64,000 nucleotides of DNA from the human T2T-CHM13v2.0 reference genome, Homo sapiens. This document shows, piece by piece, positions 1 through 21,925 of this stretch (within the stretch, counting starts at the first letter, position 1; each line of letters opens with the position of its first letter). Both the position numbers and the translations under genes were made by a program. Below the pieces are notes generated by a model that was not told the origin of the DNA, searched no databases, and was given only the letters and a program-made list of their open reading frames with translations. The stretch is from NCBI RefSeq assembly GCF_009914755.1, contig NC_060932.1; one strand, 5' to 3'.

Positions 1-291
1 TTTTTTTTGAGACGGAGTCTCGCTCTGTTGCCCAGGCTGGAGTGCAGTGGTACAATCTCCGCTCCCTGCAACCTCAGCCTCTCCTGGGTTCAAACGATTC
101 TCCTGCCTCAGCCTCCCAAGTAGCTGGGACTACAGGCACGTGCCAACATGCCCGGCTAATTTTTTGTATTTTTAGTAGAGATGGGGTTTCACCATGTTAG
201 CCAGGATGGTCTTGATCTCCTGACCTTGTCATCTGCCCCCCTCGGCCTCCCAAAGTGCCGGGACTACAGACAAGAGCCACCGTGCCTGGCC
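1..291 (-). mobile_element. Alu (S-type)
   Basis: Reverse-complement Alu consensus with poly-T. Confidence 0.97.
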
Positions 292-325
292 AACTACTAC
301 TCTTTTATATTTCTGGGTGACTTTA

Positions 326-395
326 AAATATATATATAGGTGTGTGTGTATGTGTGTGTGTGTGTATAGATATGTATATATAAATATAAATAAAA
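326..395. repeat. (TA)n/(TG)n microsatellite
   Basis: Seen directly; flanked by a 22-bp near-perfect direct repeat (292-313, 398-419). Confidence 0.9.
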
Positions 396-489
396 TTAAC
401 TGCTACTCTTTTATATTTCCAGCACCTGACCATGAAATGTCATATGGTATAGATGGTCAATAAACATTATTTGATAACTGACATTGAAA

Positions 490-822
490 TTTTCTTTTTT
501 CCTTTTTTTTTTTTTTTGTTTGTTTTGTTTTTTTTTAGAGACAAGATCTCACTGTGTCAGCCATGCTGAAATGCAGTGGTGCAATCATAGCTCACTGCAG
601 CCTCTAAGTCCCAAGCTCAAGACATCTTCCTACCCCAGCCTCCTGGAAAGCCAGGACTGCACGTGCACACAGCCATGCCAGGCTAATTTAAAGAAAATTT
701 ATTTTAAGGGATGGGGTGTTGCTACTTTGCCCAGGTTGGTCTTTAACTCGTGGGCTCTAGTGATCATCTGCCTTGGCCTTTCAAGACGCTGGGATTACAG
801 GTGTGAGCCACTGTGCCTGGCC
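490..822 (-). mobile_element. Alu (J-type)
   Basis: Diverged Alu consensus. Confidence 0.93.
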
Positions 823-1166
823 GTGAAATTTTCTTAATAATTTTTAATGAAGCCACTTAATCCTCTCCAGACTGTAAAGATCTCTGTCTTATTTCGTACT
901 GGCACTGTAATCACAGTTGCTGAGTTTATTCATGAAGGTGAAAGTGTCCCTTTGGCGAATAGAAACAAACTTGGGGAAAGCACTTCTCACTTCCTCCTGT
1001 ATGTGTCTTTACTCCAGACCCTGGCCTGTGTTTTGCTCCTCCTGGAGGCCATTAAGTAGGAGTCTTATTCTAAGGATTGGAATCTTCTGGAGATTCTGTG
1101 GGAGACAGAGGACGGAGGGTGGTGTGTGTTCCTTACTTACTGTCAAAATTGAGAAATTTCCCTCTT

Positions 1167-1850
<684 letters not shown>

Positions 1851-2855
1851 TCAGTTACTGACAAAGTCGAGGCTTGTCTGGTGGTGAACATGGTGCCTAC
1901 TAGGAAGGGCTGCCAGCTCCTTACACACCTTGCTATAATTAGTTGTAATTAGGCATCTTTCTTCCCCAGTGTCTTTTGGAACTGATAGTAGCAGGGCTTT
2001 CACAGAACACTGTGAGAATTAATGAGTTAATATTTGCAGAGGCCTCTGGAAATGTTAAGTGCTTGGTGTTCTTATCTTCTCTCTGAGCTTGGTTGCCTTA
2101 TAAGGCTGTCCACTGAGGCTGAGGGACCTTTGTGGGGAACAGGGCCAGCCCTGAGCCCAGATGACTGTGGCAGTCCATGACTGTTCCCGGAATGGGCTCA
2201 GGTTTCTTATTTTAATAGGAATGACACTACTTTTTTTTTTTTTTGTAATTATTAGTGTCAGTCTCGCACGTACTTTCCCCCCAACTTTACTACATCTATT
2301 TTTAGCACCTCATCTCCATGGTTCTTGCCCTCTCAAAACCAATTATAGTAAAATCCATTTAAACAGAGATACTCCAGTCCAAGTTAAGTTCTTACATTTT
2401 CTTTTCCTGGAAAGATAGGCTACTTATCCCAAGAATTATTTGAAGTTGGTTCATTCTTTTTTAAGTGCTGTATTGAGGAGGAGAGAAAAATAGTAGATAA
2501 AACATTCCAATAGTACTTCATTTTTTTTAAACCAATGAATTAAAATCCACACATATTCAATAGAGAGGTCTATAAAAGTTTGTTAACTTCTCATGAAACA
2601 GACATTTCCAACAATAGTATGTAAACATGGACATTTACATATTCAAAAGCTACTTTCCAAGATTTTTCCCTCCTACCCAGGTTGTCAGTATAATGACATC
2701 GATTTAGGCTATCATAGGCCTTTTGAGCTGGAAGGTCACCCAAGAACCGTATTTGTTTAACACCCTCACTTAAAAAGATGGGGCCACTGAAGTCCAAGGT
2801 GGTGTCTGGAACACATTCCAGTTTTTTAAGCAGGCTGGACTTTTCTAATTGACAT

Positions 2856-3849
<994 letters not shown>

Positions 3850-4619
3850 TGACCTTAGAAATATTTATTTTTGTCGTGCCCCCTCCTCCCCCACCCCCTC
3901 CTCTCCTTTTGATGTCATCAGAACAACAGGCAGTGGGTCATTGATTGCTGTCTATGCTGGCTCAGTGGCTGTCGCCATTTTTATTAATGATACACTTCTT
4001 TTCGCCAGGGCAGATAGCTTGTAAGTAAACATAAATCCTATTTAGAAACAATGAACAAATATTTTTGGTGAGCCTTGGACCTCCTGTATCTGTGGATGTT
4101 TATAGGCAATCTCTTGTTTATAGGAAATGGTGCAGAGTTGAGGAACTTTGGCCTCAGTAGTGGTGGGAAGTGGGACAAAGTAGGCCAGGTCTGTTGCTGG
4201 TTAGCTCACTTGATTAGAACAGTATGCTAATGAACCCAAGGTCACTGGGCCATCTGTGTATGGGTCAGCCAGCTCTGCTCTGCTGGGATCCCAGACCTTG
4301 GCCAGGAGGCTGGGCAATATGTATCACTGGTCATGAGGCCGGAGCAGATAGAAAGATCAGTACTAATCCGTCACCAGACCCAGAAAACAAATTCAAAACA
4401 CATGCCCTATGGATAGTACACTATCTGTGGCTCTTTAATTTATGAGGGTATCATAACAGATTTTTGTAATTTTCTTAAACAGATTTTTTTTTCTGATTAA
4501 TAATAAACTGCATGTTATTGAGGATCCTGGGAAAATAAAGTATGAGGAAGGAAACAAAATTCACTATTTTTCCCAGCACTGACAGAGGTTACATTTTGGA
4601 TTTTTCCATCCTTGATGTT

Positions 4620-5330
4620 CCCTTCCCTTGGCCTCCATGACACCACACTTGGTTGACTTTCCTCTTCCTCCCTGACCCCACCCCTACATTCTCCTTTTCC
4701 CCTTTCCTCCTGAATTTGGCTTGTAAATGATAGTGTTCCTTGGCACTCCGTCCTGCCTCTTCATTTCTCGTGGTCCTGCATTCCCATGGATGGTGTCCTT
4801 TGTCCCAGACTTCTGTCCTGAAATCCAGATTCAAAGATCCAAGTGTCTACACCACTTCTAGCTGGATGCTAATGTGTCCAGTAAATGATCCCCTTATCCC
4901 CACCATCTAACCTGCACCCCTGTGTTCCTCCTCTCTAGGAGTCACAGCCTTCACCTAGGTGCCCAGCCCTTCCCCTCCCCTCCCTGACTAATCCATCACC
5001 AGATTCAACAATTCTACTTTCCAAATATCTCTCAAATCTGTTGACTTACCTTTACCCTGCTGCTGTCCTATTTCAGGCTACCAGCAAAGCTTCTGCACAG
5101 CCATTTCAGCCTTAAGCCACTTTCCTTGTTTCCAGCCTTGTCTGCTTTTCAGTCCTTGCTGTCTTCAGGAGAGCCAGCTAACCTTTCACAGAATGGAAAT
5201 ATACTCTGCCACTCTGCTTAAAACCTTTAACTGTGTCCACTTGCCAGATGGTCTCATCTGCAACTTTCTCCTGCAGACCCTATGCTTCAGTCATACCGAG
5301 CTTCATTCACTTCTGATAATGCATCATCTC
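4620..5330 (+). mobile_element. L2 LINE remnant
   Basis: ttcccttggcctccatgacaccacac... and aatccatcaccagattc...ttccaaatatctc are typical L2 RT and 3' motifs. Confidence 0.75.
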
Positions 5331-6007
5331 TTTCATCTATCCAGTAAGCATTTTTATGGATAATCAATTATCAGATATCAGGTTCTGGGAGGGTGCTTCA
5401 GGAAACTCAAGAGTCTTGGATGGGGAGAGGCCAAGACAGACCTGGGAGTATAGGCTTGGCTGGAAAGTCTGTATTGACTGGCCTTGGGAAAACCTGGAAT
5501 AAGACTGCTTGGTGTGTTAGGGCAGTGTGTGTACACACTCTGCCTTGTGCGATGTTTGACAGCTTTTCCTCTGGTCTTTGAAAAGGATGACTCCTTGGAA
5601 GAGTTATTCCAGGAGCATGTTGCATAGAAGAAAAGACATACTGATGTCTTCATCTAAGAGAAGTGCTTCTGAAGTTGGTCAATTTGTTTTTGTGTTAGCC
5701 TTATACTTAAAATTACTGTGTATGGGGCTAAGTTTTAACGTAACACAATGAATCCCCTTTGTAACATTCCAAGTGATATGTGCCATTGCAATGTGGGATT
5801 TTCAGAATTGGGAAATCCCTGAGAGCCAGGATGTAGAGTGTTGTTTCCCAATACCCTAGTGGTTTATGAGTTGGGAGAATTGTGTATACCCTAGCGATGT
5901 TCCCTGTTTCTTCTTGGGTTTGTTTTGCATCCCTCTTGCCAGATAAACTAAACAAAATGATGAAGAGTAGAAAAGGCTGTCCATTAGTGGAGTTAATGTT
6001 TGTGTAA

Positions 6008-6853
<846 letters not shown>

Positions 6854-7299
6854 TTGTTTTGTTTTTTGTTGGGGGAGTTTGTTCTTCTAAGAGACAGATG
6901 GACCTTTTTTTTATTTTTATTTTTTTAAGCTAGTTTAAGAATACAGTAAAATCTTCTGATTGTGTTTGTGAACACTGGTAGGTTTGTTACAATGTTAAAA
7001 TATTTTACTTCTGTAGAAAGAAAACCAAATATATCACGATGACTGGATATTTAAGCTTTTACCAGAACATTTGGAATTGTCCAATGCCCTCTGTTTTTTC
7101 TTAGAGCCTTCATGGTGCTGATTCACAGTGAACCTTCACTACTTAGTCCCAGATAACTGATTATCAGTGGTTGAAATCAACGTGGAGATGTCTCAGAAAA
7201 CCTGTTTTATAGAAACTTCTAGAAAGTTGCAAACCAAAAAAACATGAATGTCATCATGTCATCTCATTTTTCTGTTTTTGAAAAATTATGAAGTTTTCA

Positions 7300-8760
<1,461 letters not shown>

Positions 8761-8789
8761 GTCTTTTTGCTTGTCCTTTTAAAGATAGG

Positions 8790-9232
8790 CCCCTGTTATC
8801 ATTTGCTGTAAATGTCATCATCTGCATAGAAAATCCAAGATTATCAGTTGAAAAAAAAAAAAAAACAGAACTAATAAACTTCAGTAAGATGTCCAGATGA
8901 GAAAAACACAAAAATCACAGGGTTTTAATTTTATTTTTAAAAATATGGCTGGGCGCAATGGCTCAGGCCTATAATCCTAGCACTTTGGGAAGCTGTGGTG
9001 GGTGGATTACCTGAGGTTGGGTGTTCAAGACCAGCCTGGCCAACATGGCGAAACCCCATCTCTATTAAAAATACAAAAATTATCCGGGCATGGTGGTGCA
9101 CGTCTGTAGTTTCAGCTGCTCAGGAGGCTGAGGCAGGAGAATCGCTTGAAACTGGGAGGCAGAGGTAGCAGTGAGCCAAGATCATGCCATTGCACTCCAG
9201 CCTGGGCGACAGAGTGAGATTGCATCTCAAAA

Positions 9233-9267
<35 letters not shown>

Positions 9268-10310
9268 AGCATAGGAAAGTAGTACAGGTAGAGAGCATTT
9301 CTAATCTCAAAATGCCCCACAATCTGAAGCTTTTTGAGCACTGACGTACCACAAGTGGAAAATTCCACACTTGACCTCATGTGACAGGTTTCAGTCAAAA
9401 CTTGGTTTTCATGCACATGAGTATTAAAAATGTTTTATAAAACTACCTTCAGGCTATGTTTATAAGGTGTATATGAAGCGAATGAATTTTGTGTTTAGAC
9501 TTGGTTCCCATCCCCAACATATCTCATTATTTTTAAAATATGGAAATATTCCAAAATCTGAAACACATCTGGTCCCAGTCATTTCACATAAGGGATTCTC
9601 ACCCTGTACTAATCAATTAGAACACATAATAAAAAACAGATACCATTCTTGACAGCAATGAAAAACAAATTTGCAAGAACAGCTTGAAGAATACTGCATT
9701 CTGAAGGACAGAAAAGACCTGAATAGGTCTGGTGCAGTGGCTCATGTGTGTAATCCCAGCACTTTGAGAGGACGACATGCATGGATTGCTTGAGCCCAGG
9801 AGCTCGAGACCAGCCTGGGCAACATGGCAAGACCTTGTCTCAACAAAAGAAACCCAAAGAATTAACTGGACATGGTGATGTGTGCCCGTAGTCCCAGTTA
9901 CTCTGGAGGCTTAGGTGGGAGGATCACTTGAGCTTGGGAGGTTGAGGCTGCAGTGGGCCGTGATCACACCACTGCACTTCATTCTGGGTGATAGAGCAAG
10001 ACCCTGCTTCAAAAAAAAAAAAAGAAAGAAAATACCAAGTAAATGGAGATACAGATTGTATTTCTGTGGATAGATATTGTAAAGTCTCTTTTCTCCAAAT
10101 TAAACATTAAATGAAATTCTGATAAAAATTCCCAAGTACTTTAAACAGAATTTGACAAGCTAATCTATAAGTCAGCTGGACTTATAAACATACATAAAGC
10201 CAAGAAAATTTGGAAAAGAACTCGGGGGGACTTTCCACACCGGATATCAAAACCCATTTTGAAATATTGTAGTTAAAAGAGACAAATCACCAAATGAAAC
10301 TGAAGTCCAC
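8790..10310 (+). mobile_element. L1 ORF2 fragments interrupted by Alus (8947-9232, 9727-10030), (TG)n and Tigger4
   Basis: ctgttatcatttgctg...atagaaaatccaag...gaactaataaacttcagtaag matches the L1 RT region. Confidence 0.7.
9285..9606. mobile_element. Tigger4b/MER46B-like TcMar DNA transposon
   Basis: caggt...ccctg terminal repeats with TA target sites; internal ttgagcactgac...aaaattccacacttgacctc. Confidence 0.85.
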
Positions 10311-11415
10311 AGAGGTAAAGTTACTAGTTTAAGGTCACAGAGCTAGATGGGCATTTTTCATGCGGGTCAGTTGAAGTGTTTCTCAGTGGCTGGACTGATT
10401 GCATGTGATTCTAACTTTCAGCAATGTTGTAGACTTTATCGGGAGGCTTCTTCATTTCCCAATTAGAAAGATACTATCTTTTGGGAAAATTACTTATGCA
10501 GGGAATCAACCTATTAGACATTTGCCGAACTTGAATAAAATGAGAAAAGGAAAATCTGTCAAGCCTTCGTGTTTCATGTTGTAGTGTTTTCCCTGTAAAT
10601 GCTTCCTCTATTGTAGCAGAGTAGTTCAGAGTTGAAGGGTCATCAGGGCAGAAGATGAAGAGAGTCCGGGGTCTATCTAGGAACAGTAGTTAGGAATGGT
10701 TTAGAAACTTTCAGTCAATTGACAGGCTAGTTAGTATTTTAGTGACATTATCAGTTAAAAGTTTAAAATACTTACCTATTTGAAGTCATGAAAATGGCTA
10801 ATTTTGATTTATTTTCATCCCATGCTTTAAATTTATTTGTGCTGAATTGTGAAGATGATGAGCTTAAAAGTACAGGTTAGAGATTTAGAATTTGTATGTA
10901 ATTACTCTTGTGAAAATTTGTTTTCTTAGGGAGGTGTGTGTGTGTGTGAGAGAGAGTGTGTGTGTGTGAGTGTGCGCATGAGCTGGTCAGCTGCAGAACC
11001 TTCTGGTTAGCAAACCTGATAGCATCTAGGGTGGAGCTAAGGGGGAAACATGTTTAATCACATACTCACCAGCTTCCTGGCACTAAGAAATTATCACCAG
11101 ACAGCAGCCACCAGGATAATTTAACTTTAGTTCTGGACAGGCAAATGTGCAGCAATCATTTAAAGTAAATTTCTTAAAGAACATGTAGGAATTATGTCAC
11201 TACTTTGTGGTGATGTTTCCATAAATCCTCTATAGTGTTTTTGTTATGTTTGTGTTTCTTATTAAAAATTCCTTAAGTACAAACATCATTTTCAAATATC
11301 ATATTTAGTATTCCTACATTTGAAAGCCAAACATGACAAATTATTTTTTACAAATTTTCTAGGTACCTACTATGTGCCAAGGATAATGTCATATCCTCAC
11401 ATGTTTTATGGGTTA

Positions 11416-12352
<937 letters not shown>

Positions 12353-12729
12353 TGCTGTTATTTTATATAGAAATCTGCGCCTCATTTAGGCATGAGAGTG
12401 TTCCGTAGCACCTCCTTTGTAGGAACTTAATAATGTACAAGAGAAACCCAAATGTACGTTTCTGAACAAATTTAAATAGATACCTGAGTGTGGATTTTAG
12501 AAAACTTTCTATCTGGGCTCATTGTTTTCATCTTTTTCTTGTGTAGATAACCACACCCAAGAAAATCATAGGAAAAATACATAACAAATGCACTTTTAAA
12601 ACAAAATATCCCAAGTTTATAATTCATGGTATTGGATGGATGTATTTTACTGACACAAGAGTTGCATTTTCAATAAATATTTCTTTTTATCTACTTCATG
12701 TGCTGGGGAAATGGGTGAAACAGGGAATT

Positions 12730-13200
12730 CTATGATCGCAGCAAGTCCCTTTCTTCTACAGGTTCATTTTGTAGCCATCATGTTCATTGCAGCTATCCCA
12801 AGTGGGGTTGAGAACCAGGACCTGGCTCCAGGTCTCCGAGCAGTTGAAATGTACCTGGCAAAGTCCATGCCTTAGGCAGGAGAGCTGCTCAGCCTCACTT
12901 CCAGCCTGTTTACTCTGGGTTCTGAATCGCCGTGGGCTTTGTTATCTGGTTTCCCAGCCTCGCCTACCAGTTCTCTGTCTACCAGTGTTGTACCAGGGCT
13001 CTTTTTATTCTTTCTTCGACTGGAGATCCAGACTCTCAAACATCTGTAATACTTGTCCCTATCTCTTTGTTCATGTGTTCCGGCACCTTGTGGATATTTG
13101 TAGGTCACCAGTTCTGCTTTTGCTTGAAGACCTGTCTGGCAGGGCTTGGCACCTCTTTCCTCTTTGTGTATGCAGGGCCTGGTTGCCTAGCTACCTCGGA
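12730..13200 (-). mobile_element. Possible very old L1/HAL1 ORF1 remnant
   Basis: Minus-strand fragments NIHKVPE, LDLQ, RALVQ, VRLSS, FQLL, HDGYK are colinear with L1 ORF1p motifs. Confidence 0.35.
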
Positions 13201-13569
13201 GGGGACAGTGAGGGCTGGGCTGCAAAGGGGAAGGCCTGGCAAATCCTGAGTTAGGCCTGTGCTTGTTCTCTAGTATGGGCGGGGCTTCCAGGGGCTCAGG
13301 GGCCATCTATTGTAGGAGTAACGGCCACTTCCCATCCATTTCTTCTTTCGTCTCTCTTTTAGTTATTTATTTCTGCTTGTGTCTCAGGACCAAACAATCT
13401 GCAGGGTGAATTGGTGGGGAGGAAGTTGAGGGTTGGGGGTGGGGAGGGGAGGACCTCCCGGAAATAGTAAATCTTAGTTTAGTTTTTCAGAGATAAGTAG
13501 TCACATGGGTCCCTTGCCAAGAGAGAAGATCTCTCTCAGGAAGAAAGGCAGGATGGTGCGGGGGTTTAA

Positions 13570-15485
<1,916 letters not shown>

Positions 15486-15529
15486 TGGCTTTTTTTCTTA
15501 AAGGGTTTTGGTAAGAGTTAGTGTACAAT

Positions 15530-15780
15530 TTGTCAGGCACTTCCTACGTCCCAGATATTGTTCTAAACATTTTTACAGACATTAACTTCCTAAGTTCTCC
15601 TAACAATCCTAGGAGGAGGTACAGTTCTGAGCCCCATTTCATGGGTAAAAAAACAGCAGAGAGGGAAATTAACTTGCCTGAGGTCACACAGCTGTAATGT
15701 GATCAAGGCTGGCCTTTGAGACCAGGCGGCTGCTGACTCTTATCGATGGTGTTGTTCTTAACCACCACTCTATGCTGCTT
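15530..15780 (-). mobile_element. MIR
   Basis: acaatcctaggaggagg...ccccattt...aacttgcctgaggtcacacagct. Confidence 0.8.
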
Positions 15781-15840
15781 CCCACCGTGCCCAAAGAGTG
15801 CCTGCAGGCTTCTCTGTCTCTTTCCTGAAAAGTTACTTAC

Positions 15841-15908
15841 AGTCCCTTGACTGCACTGCTTTAAAGACGCAGCACGGAGTTCAGCAGTGAAATCTGGCAG
15901 TGCCGGTG
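15841..15908 (-). other. Candidate 68-nt exon of a minus-strand transcript
   Basis: Minus-strand acceptor tcctcacatctttcag and donor act|gtaagt; several CpGs retained. Confidence 0.3.
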
Positions 15909-16552
15909 CTGAAAGATGTGAGGATTTTGACAGATGCTGGAGATGCTGGCTCAATGTTCATGTCCCACCAGGGGCCAAATTGCCCATCTGTAAATAAGGT
16001 TTCTTGTCTTCAGATTCCGTGGTGATTATTTTTTTCCTCAGGGACCAGTCATCCTTTTAATCTTGTGGTAGAAAATTAAAATGAGTTTCACTGAAGTGTG
16101 GTTGGATTTTTAAAGTTTCTTTTAAATATTACTTTAGAGAAGTTAATTAAGTACCTGCCCTGTGGATCCAGCTTCCTGCATTTTCCTACTGTTTTCACTG
16201 TTTAGACGGGAGGCTTTTCTTAGGAGAATTAGATTACAAATTGAAGGGTGAATGAATACCTTATCGGCAGATCATGAACATTTGGGGTCCTGAATAGGTA
16301 GCAGGCTTGCGTAATAGGACCTGAATAAAGTTAGGCAAACATGACTATCTCTGATCTTAAAGGCATTGAACAGGCTGAGGTTAAAGTGTTTGTCGTAGTT
16401 TCTAAAAGTCAAGGGAGCGAGGAAGGGAGAGTTTACTTTCTCACTTTGCTTGCAGTGATTTTCTTTTTTTTTTTTTTTTGCTTACTATGTCTTGGGGTTT
16501 CTCCAGGTGGTAGAGGTTGCTCGGAGGTCTGACTCCCAGCTGGCTTGAAAGC

Positions 16553-16690
16553 AGTGATTGTTCATGTTTTGGGGGATCGTTGATCCCTTTGAGAGTCTGG
16601 TGAAGCCTGTGGGCATCCTCCCCAGAAAACACACACAGACATACACACAATGTTTTGTTCATGGGTCTTTAAGGGCCACACACCTAGGCT
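16553..16690. mobile_element. hAT-Charlie-type MER DNA transposon remnant
   Basis: gatccctttgagagtctggtgaagcctgtgggcatcctccccagaaaa motif. Confidence 0.55.
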
Positions 16691-17159
16691 TTAGAGTATA
16701 TGGCAATTCAACATCAGAACTTGTTTACTGCCCCTTCCCTTTTTCTTTTGTTTTTTGAGAAGGGGTCTCGCTTTGTTTCCCAGGCTGGTCTCAAACTCCT
16801 GGAGCTCAAGCAATCCCCCTGCTTTGGCCTCCCAAAGTGCTGGGATTATAGGCATGAGCCACCACGCCAGGCCGACCTCCCCTTCTGTGTGCCGTCCTCA
16901 GCCTGGGCCTCGTGGCTCTAAAATTAAGCTAATCGGTGAATTCAGCTATTGTTCTTAATGTCTTGTTTGTACCCCAGAATTATTTGCATTTGAAAGTCTT
17001 CAGAACTCCATACCCACTCCAGCTCTATCACATGTGATCACTTCAGGAGGTAACTATAAAGGGGACCCTGCTTTATTGGCCATTCTTAGCCAAATGGGCA
17101 TTGATGTTGAAAGGGGTCCAGGTAGCTAGCCTGTCAAATCTTCACAGTGCTGTCCCCTC

Positions 17160-17510
17160 CCTGTCTCTCCCTACTGCCACACTGAATTCCCTCACCTCAC
17201 ACTGAGTTCACTCACCTTTACGTATTTCAGCACATCTTGTTCTTTACCTGGAATGCCCTTCCATTCTTCCTCCACTACAGGAATGCCTGCTCGTCTTTCA
17301 GTACCCAGATCAAATGGAAGCCTCGCTGAACTCCCCTGGCAAACTCTCTCTCTTCCTGTCTTTCCATGGCAATTTTTAAAGGTCTGTGTTACAGCATACA
17401 TATCATGTTGTAATTATTTTTTATGTGTTTGGCAGACTCCACCGCCTGTAAACTAAGTGCTTGTCTTAATCGTCTTTGATCATGCAGCATGTTGTCAGGT
17501 GCTAGATATG
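17160..17510 (+). mobile_element. L2 3' remnant
   Basis: ttctttacctggaatgcccttcc... L2 3' motifs. Confidence 0.6.
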
Positions 17511-17689
17511 TTTGCCATCCAGAGTTTATACAAGTGGGTTGTGGGGTTAGAACACAGGACGCAGATTCTAGCTTTGTGACTTGCCATCTCTTTGTGCCTC
17601 TGTTTCCTCAGGTGTAGGCTTGTTGGGGTGGGGGAGAATCTGAGTAAAGTGGAATAGTACCTAGTGCATGGTGAAATATTCAGCAACTA

Positions 17690-18250
<561 letters not shown>

Positions 18251-19777
18251 CAGCAGTGTTAACCATTGTGATATTTAATCATAACATTAAGCATATCATT
18301 GAGTGAATGAGAAACTCTTAAAAATAACCCAGCATAATTGGAGAGAACATTATATAGATGTACAGAAATTAAGTTAATTCTGCATTCTCCAAGTTTAATC
18401 TCAGCATAGATAAAATAAAGAAATCTAAATTTACAGGGCTCCCAGAGAGGTTCGGTAGGACACTCTATAATCTACTGTTCATTTCCTTATATTATAAAGT
18501 TAACTGGCATCTGTGTGAGGACCTTAAGCCATTTACAAGTACGTACTGTGGGAATATAAGGCTTTTTTTTTTTAAGGGTAAGAAAACTCATGTACACTAT
18601 TTTAATGGTATGATTTAAATGTGTTCAAAAACCTTGTGTTTTTCAAATCCCTTTTCAAAGTAGCCCCAATAAGCTGGGGAGTATGTGTGTAGTGGCGTCG
18701 CCATTTGTAGCTCCACTAGTAACATGCAAAGCACATGGGAATCCATGAGAAACAATCATAGAAGCATCTGCTTCTGCTTCTAAGACACATCAAAGGTGGT
18801 GAGAAAAAAGATGTCATTGAAGGAGCTCTTTCCTTAGTGTATTTTATTTGTAGGCAGGATAGAAGTATCCTGCTAAAGTCATAAAATAGAATAGTATTTT
18901 AGAATTAGAAGGAGCTTGACTAGTCCAGCCCCTTCTTGCTTTACAGATGAGGAAACTGAGGTCCCAAAATGTGGAGTGATGTCACATTGTGCTGGGGATG
19001 TGGAGAGGGGTGTTTGTCATCACGTGGATGGCCACGTGGCTGGCTGGGGGGCCTCAGAGGGGACCTTCTATTCCCTCTTTATACAGGAGCCCCTGTCTGT
19101 CTTAAGCACATGGCTTGCTTCTTGAAAGCTTTCCTGGACTCCCCAGGCAGTATTTCCTTTGTGCATTTTAAACTAAATTTTGACTAAATTAAAAGCAATG
19201 AAATCCAGGCCTCCTGGAAGGGTATTTAGTTTTCCTTTTTAGCAGAACAGTTAAGCTAATGACAGTGTTAGAAGCCTCAACCACCCCATCCAGTGATTGA
19301 TATACATGCCCCCAAATTTTTGTAGTGAAATATAAAAACAGTCTATAATCTGATTTTGTAATCAAGGTCTAGCCAATTACAGTACATCTCAAAAAGTCCT
19401 TAGCAATTGGGTTGTTAAGTCACCCAGCAAAATCCCTGTCATTGACTTCCTTGGAGCCATTTCCTTTCATGTTTTGGCTTCTTGGTGTCTACATAGTTTC
19501 TAAGATAGCAGCCCAATAAATTGTGCTATTATCTCCAGGTTTCCACATCTTACATATGGTATACATTTGCTGTTGTCTCCTTTTCAAAATGTAGTCCAAT
19601 TTGTGACTGTTTAATTTTTAAAGTGAAAGAGGGAGAATGTTTTAGAAGAAGTTAAATAATTTAAAAATTAGATGCCCAAGCCCTAGTAACTTTGATTTGT
19701 GGAAAAATACTTTTGATTATAGCCATATAGTTACAGAATCTATACAGAAACTTGGCAAATTTGAAAATCTGAAATCT

Positions 19778-20040
19778 GGCCCGGCGCAGGGGCTCATGCC
19801 TGTAATCACAGCCCTTTGGGAAGCCGAGGCGGGCAGATTGCTTGAACCCAGGAGTTTGAGACCAGCCTGGGCAATATGGTGAAACCCCATCTCTACAAAA
19901 ATACAGAAATTAGCTAGGCATGATGGCGCCCGCCTGTAGTCCCAGCTACTCGTGATCATGCCACTGCACTCCAGCCTGGGTTAGAGTGATACCCTGTCTT
20001 AAATGGATGGATGGATGGATGGATGGATAGATAAATAAAT
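19778..20040 (+). mobile_element. Alu with internal deletion and (GGAT)n tail
   Basis: TSD aaaatctgaa(a/g)tct on both sides. Confidence 0.92.
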
Positions 20041-21097
20041 TAAAAATCTGAAGTCTTATATGTCCCCCTGTTGTCAATAGAGAAGAGAATCATACTACTT
20101 TATACCCATAGTATCTCTGGAGGAGTAACAAGTTGTACGTCTTGGTTCTATTCTGTAACATGGAACCAAGGTATTTGCAAGCTGACAGCGAAGAAGAGGC
20201 TTCATTGTGCATATTCCTACACTGTATTTTTTGGTACATTTTTCAGAGTTTGTAAAGAAAACATCTTGTACTGAGTTTTTAATAACTTTTCATCCATTTC
20301 CCAATGTACAGTACAAGTATATCAAAGAACAAAAATGCAGTAATCCAGCATTGTCAAAATCACTGCTATTTAAATGCTGTATGAAGAGAGTAGTGTTTAA
20401 GTTCCTAGTAGCTATCTCACTTATTTGTTGGCTGTGGTAGAGTAATCATTGTGGCAATCATTTTATACATGTTTGAGTTACACATATAGCTTTGAGGGAC
20501 ATCTACTAACACCATATTTAGTGGTTTCTCCTAAAGACTAAAGTTATAGCCTCATGTTCATTTACTTAGAAATGGATAAAAGTACTATTAATTTAAAAAA
20601 TACCTATGTCTTATAGTTCATTTATTCCAAAAAGATATATCAAATGCCTACCATGTAGTAGGCACTATCCAAGTTGCTAAAATTTAAAGACGAATAAAAC
20701 AAGGCCTTCTTATTTGGTGAGGTTGATGAAAAGTGAAAGCAGATGATTAAAATGCAGTAGCATAAGTAATTATTTGTGAGTGTATTTTTAATGTATGAAG
20801 CGGTTTTCAGATGTATTCTTTATTAGTCTCAATCACTTGCATTTCCTTGAATTGAATGGGAGAGGAGGAAGATGTGGGGTTGCAGTGGGTTCACTGGGAA
20901 GCATGCATTATTCTACATATACTGGGGAGCACATGGTATAACTGGCAGAGTGTATCCAGGGGGAGAAAAAATAGCATGTTGGTTCTTGATTTTATTGTGT
21001 GGCATAGGGTGTCACATAGTAAGGGGACAACTCAAATTTCATAGGAAAGATTGCCTTACTTGGAATGTAGAGTCAAGGCCTACACCCAATCCCCTGC

Positions 21098-21925
<828 letters not shown>

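Noticed and set aside
12787-13254. 155-aa + strand ORF
   Set aside because: Non-ATG start, Cys/Leu/Trp-rich composition typical of antisense reading, and no recognisable homology or splice context.
15896-15913. REST/RE1-like site (TTCAGCACC on the minus strand)
   Set aside because: Only the left half-site is present; the GGACAG half is missing.
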